A stretch of DNA of 64,000 bases. It comes from Schmidtea polychroa (taxonomy: Eukaryota). Below, in pieces: positions 61,830-64,000 of this stretch. Made by a program: the position numbers and the translations under genes. The stretch is from contig CM097885.1 in assembly GCA_044892525.1 (NCBI GenBank), forward strand, positions 12,712,001-12,776,000. The letters run 5' to 3'. Every line of letters starts with the position of its first letter. Position 1 is the first letter of the stretch. The notes beneath the pieces are model-generated. The model worked only from the letters and a program-made list of their open reading frames with translations. It was not told the origin of the DNA and ran no database searches.

Positions 61830-64000
61830 CATTAAAATTTCCATTTAAATTTTCATTATAAATTACATTTCTCAAAAAAGTTGGTGGTTATTCAATCTTT
61901 TGATAATAAATTTAAAAATCTTAGTTTAATTTACTTATTACATTACTTATTTAAAAATTATTACTTTAATTTACTCCTTTTGCTTTAATTTAAAATTTGA
62001 ACCATTGGTTACTTAATTTTAAATTTTGAAACCTTAATTTTCCTTAATTTATCCTTAATTTACCTAATTATTCTTTATTACTTAATTTTACACCATAATT
62101 TACTTAACAACTAAATATAACCCTTATTTTCATATTTAACCAATAATTTCATGTGGTCATCTGGTTGTAAGTGTTTGGTATCTAGTTGACAGTGCTTAGT
62201 ACTTGGTATCTAGTTGTTAGTACTTGGTTGATAATGCTTAGTTGTTGGTTGTTAGTACTTGGTAGGTGGTAGCTAGTTGTTAGCTGGTTGTAACTAGTTA
62301 ATGGGTAGTTGGTTGTAGGTACTTAGTATCTAGTACCTAGTTGGTTGGTTGTTTTTGGTTGTTAGTAGTTGGTTGATAATGCTTAGTACCTTGTTGTTGT
62401 TGGTTGTTAGTACTTGGTAGGTGGTTGTAGGTACTTAGTAGTTGGTAACTGGTTGTTAGTACTTGGTATCTAGTACCTAGTTAGCTGGTTGTAGCTAGTT
62501 AATAGGTAGTTGTTAGCTGGTTGTAGCTAGTTAATGGGTAGGTGGCTGTAGGTACTTAGTAGTTGGTAACTGGTTGTTAGTAACTAGTTGTAAGTACTTG
62601 GTAGCAAGTAACATGTTGTTAGTACTTAGTAGTTGGTTAATATTGCTTAGTACCTGGTTGTTGAAGGTTGTAAGTACTTGGTACCTAGTTGGTTGCTTGT
62701 TTTTGGTTGTTAGTACATGTTAGGTGGTTGTAGGTACTTAGTATCAGGTAACTAGTTGTTAGTAACTAGTTGTAGGTACTTGGTATCTGGTAATTTGTTG
62801 TAGGTACTTGGTTGTTTGAGAGTTATTTAGTACGTGGTATCTAGTTGTAAGTACTTGGTAGCAGGTAACTGGTTGTTAGTAACTAGTTGGAGGTACTTAG
62901 TAGTTGGTAATTAAGGCTTAGTACCTGGTTGATGGTGGTTGTGAGTATTTGGTAGGTGGTAGTTAGTTGTTAGCTGGTTGTTGTGGGTTGATAGTACTTA
63001 GTAGCTAGTTAATGGGTTGTTAGTAACTAGTTGTAGGTATCTGGTTGTAAATACATGTTGGTACTAAGTTGTTTGTTTGTTGTTGAATTATTATTAAAAT
63101 TTGTCTTTGAAAAATATTTCATAAAAATTTCCATTAAAAATTATCTTAAAAATTTCCATCTAAAATTATCATTGAAAAATATTTCATAAAAATTTCCATT
63201 AAAAATTAACTTAAAAAAATTATTTCATAAAAATTTCCATTAAAAATTACCATTGAAAAATATTTTATTAAAATTTCTATTAAAATTACTTAAAAAATTA
63301 TTTCATAAAAATTTTCATTAAAAAATTTCAATTCTCAAACACCTTCTATTATTTCAACTTTTTGTTAATAAATTTTAAAATCTTACTTTAATTTACTTTA
63401 ATTTACTTATTTAAAAATTATTACTTTAATTTACTTATTTAACTTTAATTTAAAATTTTTGACCATTGATTTCTTAATTTTAAAATTTGGACCTTAATTA
63501 ACTTTAATTTAATTTTTAGAACCTTAATTTAGTTATTTGAGCCCATTCATTACTTTAATTTAAAAATTTGAACCATTATTTACTGTAATTTAATTTTTAG
63601 AACCTTAATTTACTTTAATTCAAAAATTTGGACCATAATTTACTTTAATTTAATTTTTAGAACCTTAATTTACTTTAATTTAAAAATTTGGACCATAATT
63701 TACTTTAATTGAAAAATCTGATCCCATTAATTACTTTAATTCGAAAATATGAACCTTAATTTACTTATTTAGACCATAATTTAATTTAATTTTTTAGAAC
63801 CATAATTTACTTTAATTGAAAAATTTGGACCATCATTTACTTTAATTTAAAAATTTGAGCCATAATTTACTGTAATTTAATTTTCAGACCCATAATTTAC
63901 TGTAATTTAATTTTTTAGGACCATTATTTACTTTAATTGAAAAAATTTACCACGTTTTTTAGTGTAGACCACCTTTTTGTATTGAAATTCTCAGGACCAA

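Larger units (their letters stand above)
55395..63964. mobile_element. Large foldback-type non-coding element: inverted arms 55395-57305 and 61096-63263, right arm extending through short subterminal repeats to a possible CACTA terminus
   Basis: Arms are near-exact reverse complements built of short AC-rich repeats. Right end reads CACTAAAAAACGTGG on minus, followed by TA. No matching left terminus. Confidence 0.75.

Overview
Very AT-rich eukaryotic genomic DNA with 40-50 nt GT-AG introns and many (ATT)n/(AT)n tracts; a planarian-type flatworm is my guess from sequence style only. Host genes: an intact 8-exon BCKDHA-like gene (+, 44059-50772), a divergently oriented decayed paralog (-, 5435-11671) interrupted by a Buster-type hAT and a Penelope-like element, and a frameshifted TRAF gene (-, 12905-14379). 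The centre (about 19.6-42.3 kb) is a rearranged endogenous Polinton/Maverick (adintovirus-like) cluster. It has an intron-containing, frameshifted protein-primed DNA polymerase B, a partial second copy of it, and a 13.6 kb AGTAG...ACTACT-bounded element with packaging ATPase, core protein, integrase, minor and major capsid proteins and a protease stub. The most notable part is that element's accessory block: an intact TBP-like ORF, a spliced Bcl-2-like gene, a putative SSB and two spliced orphan genes with shared TATA/CCAAT/octamer modules. Its terminal arms are packed with AP-1 and nuclear-receptor motifs, and the integrase has an intron made almost entirely of (ATT)n. The right end holds gypsy remnants, hAT MITEs and a large foldback element with about 2 kb inverted arms. 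All calls are by eye from motifs; no searches were run.
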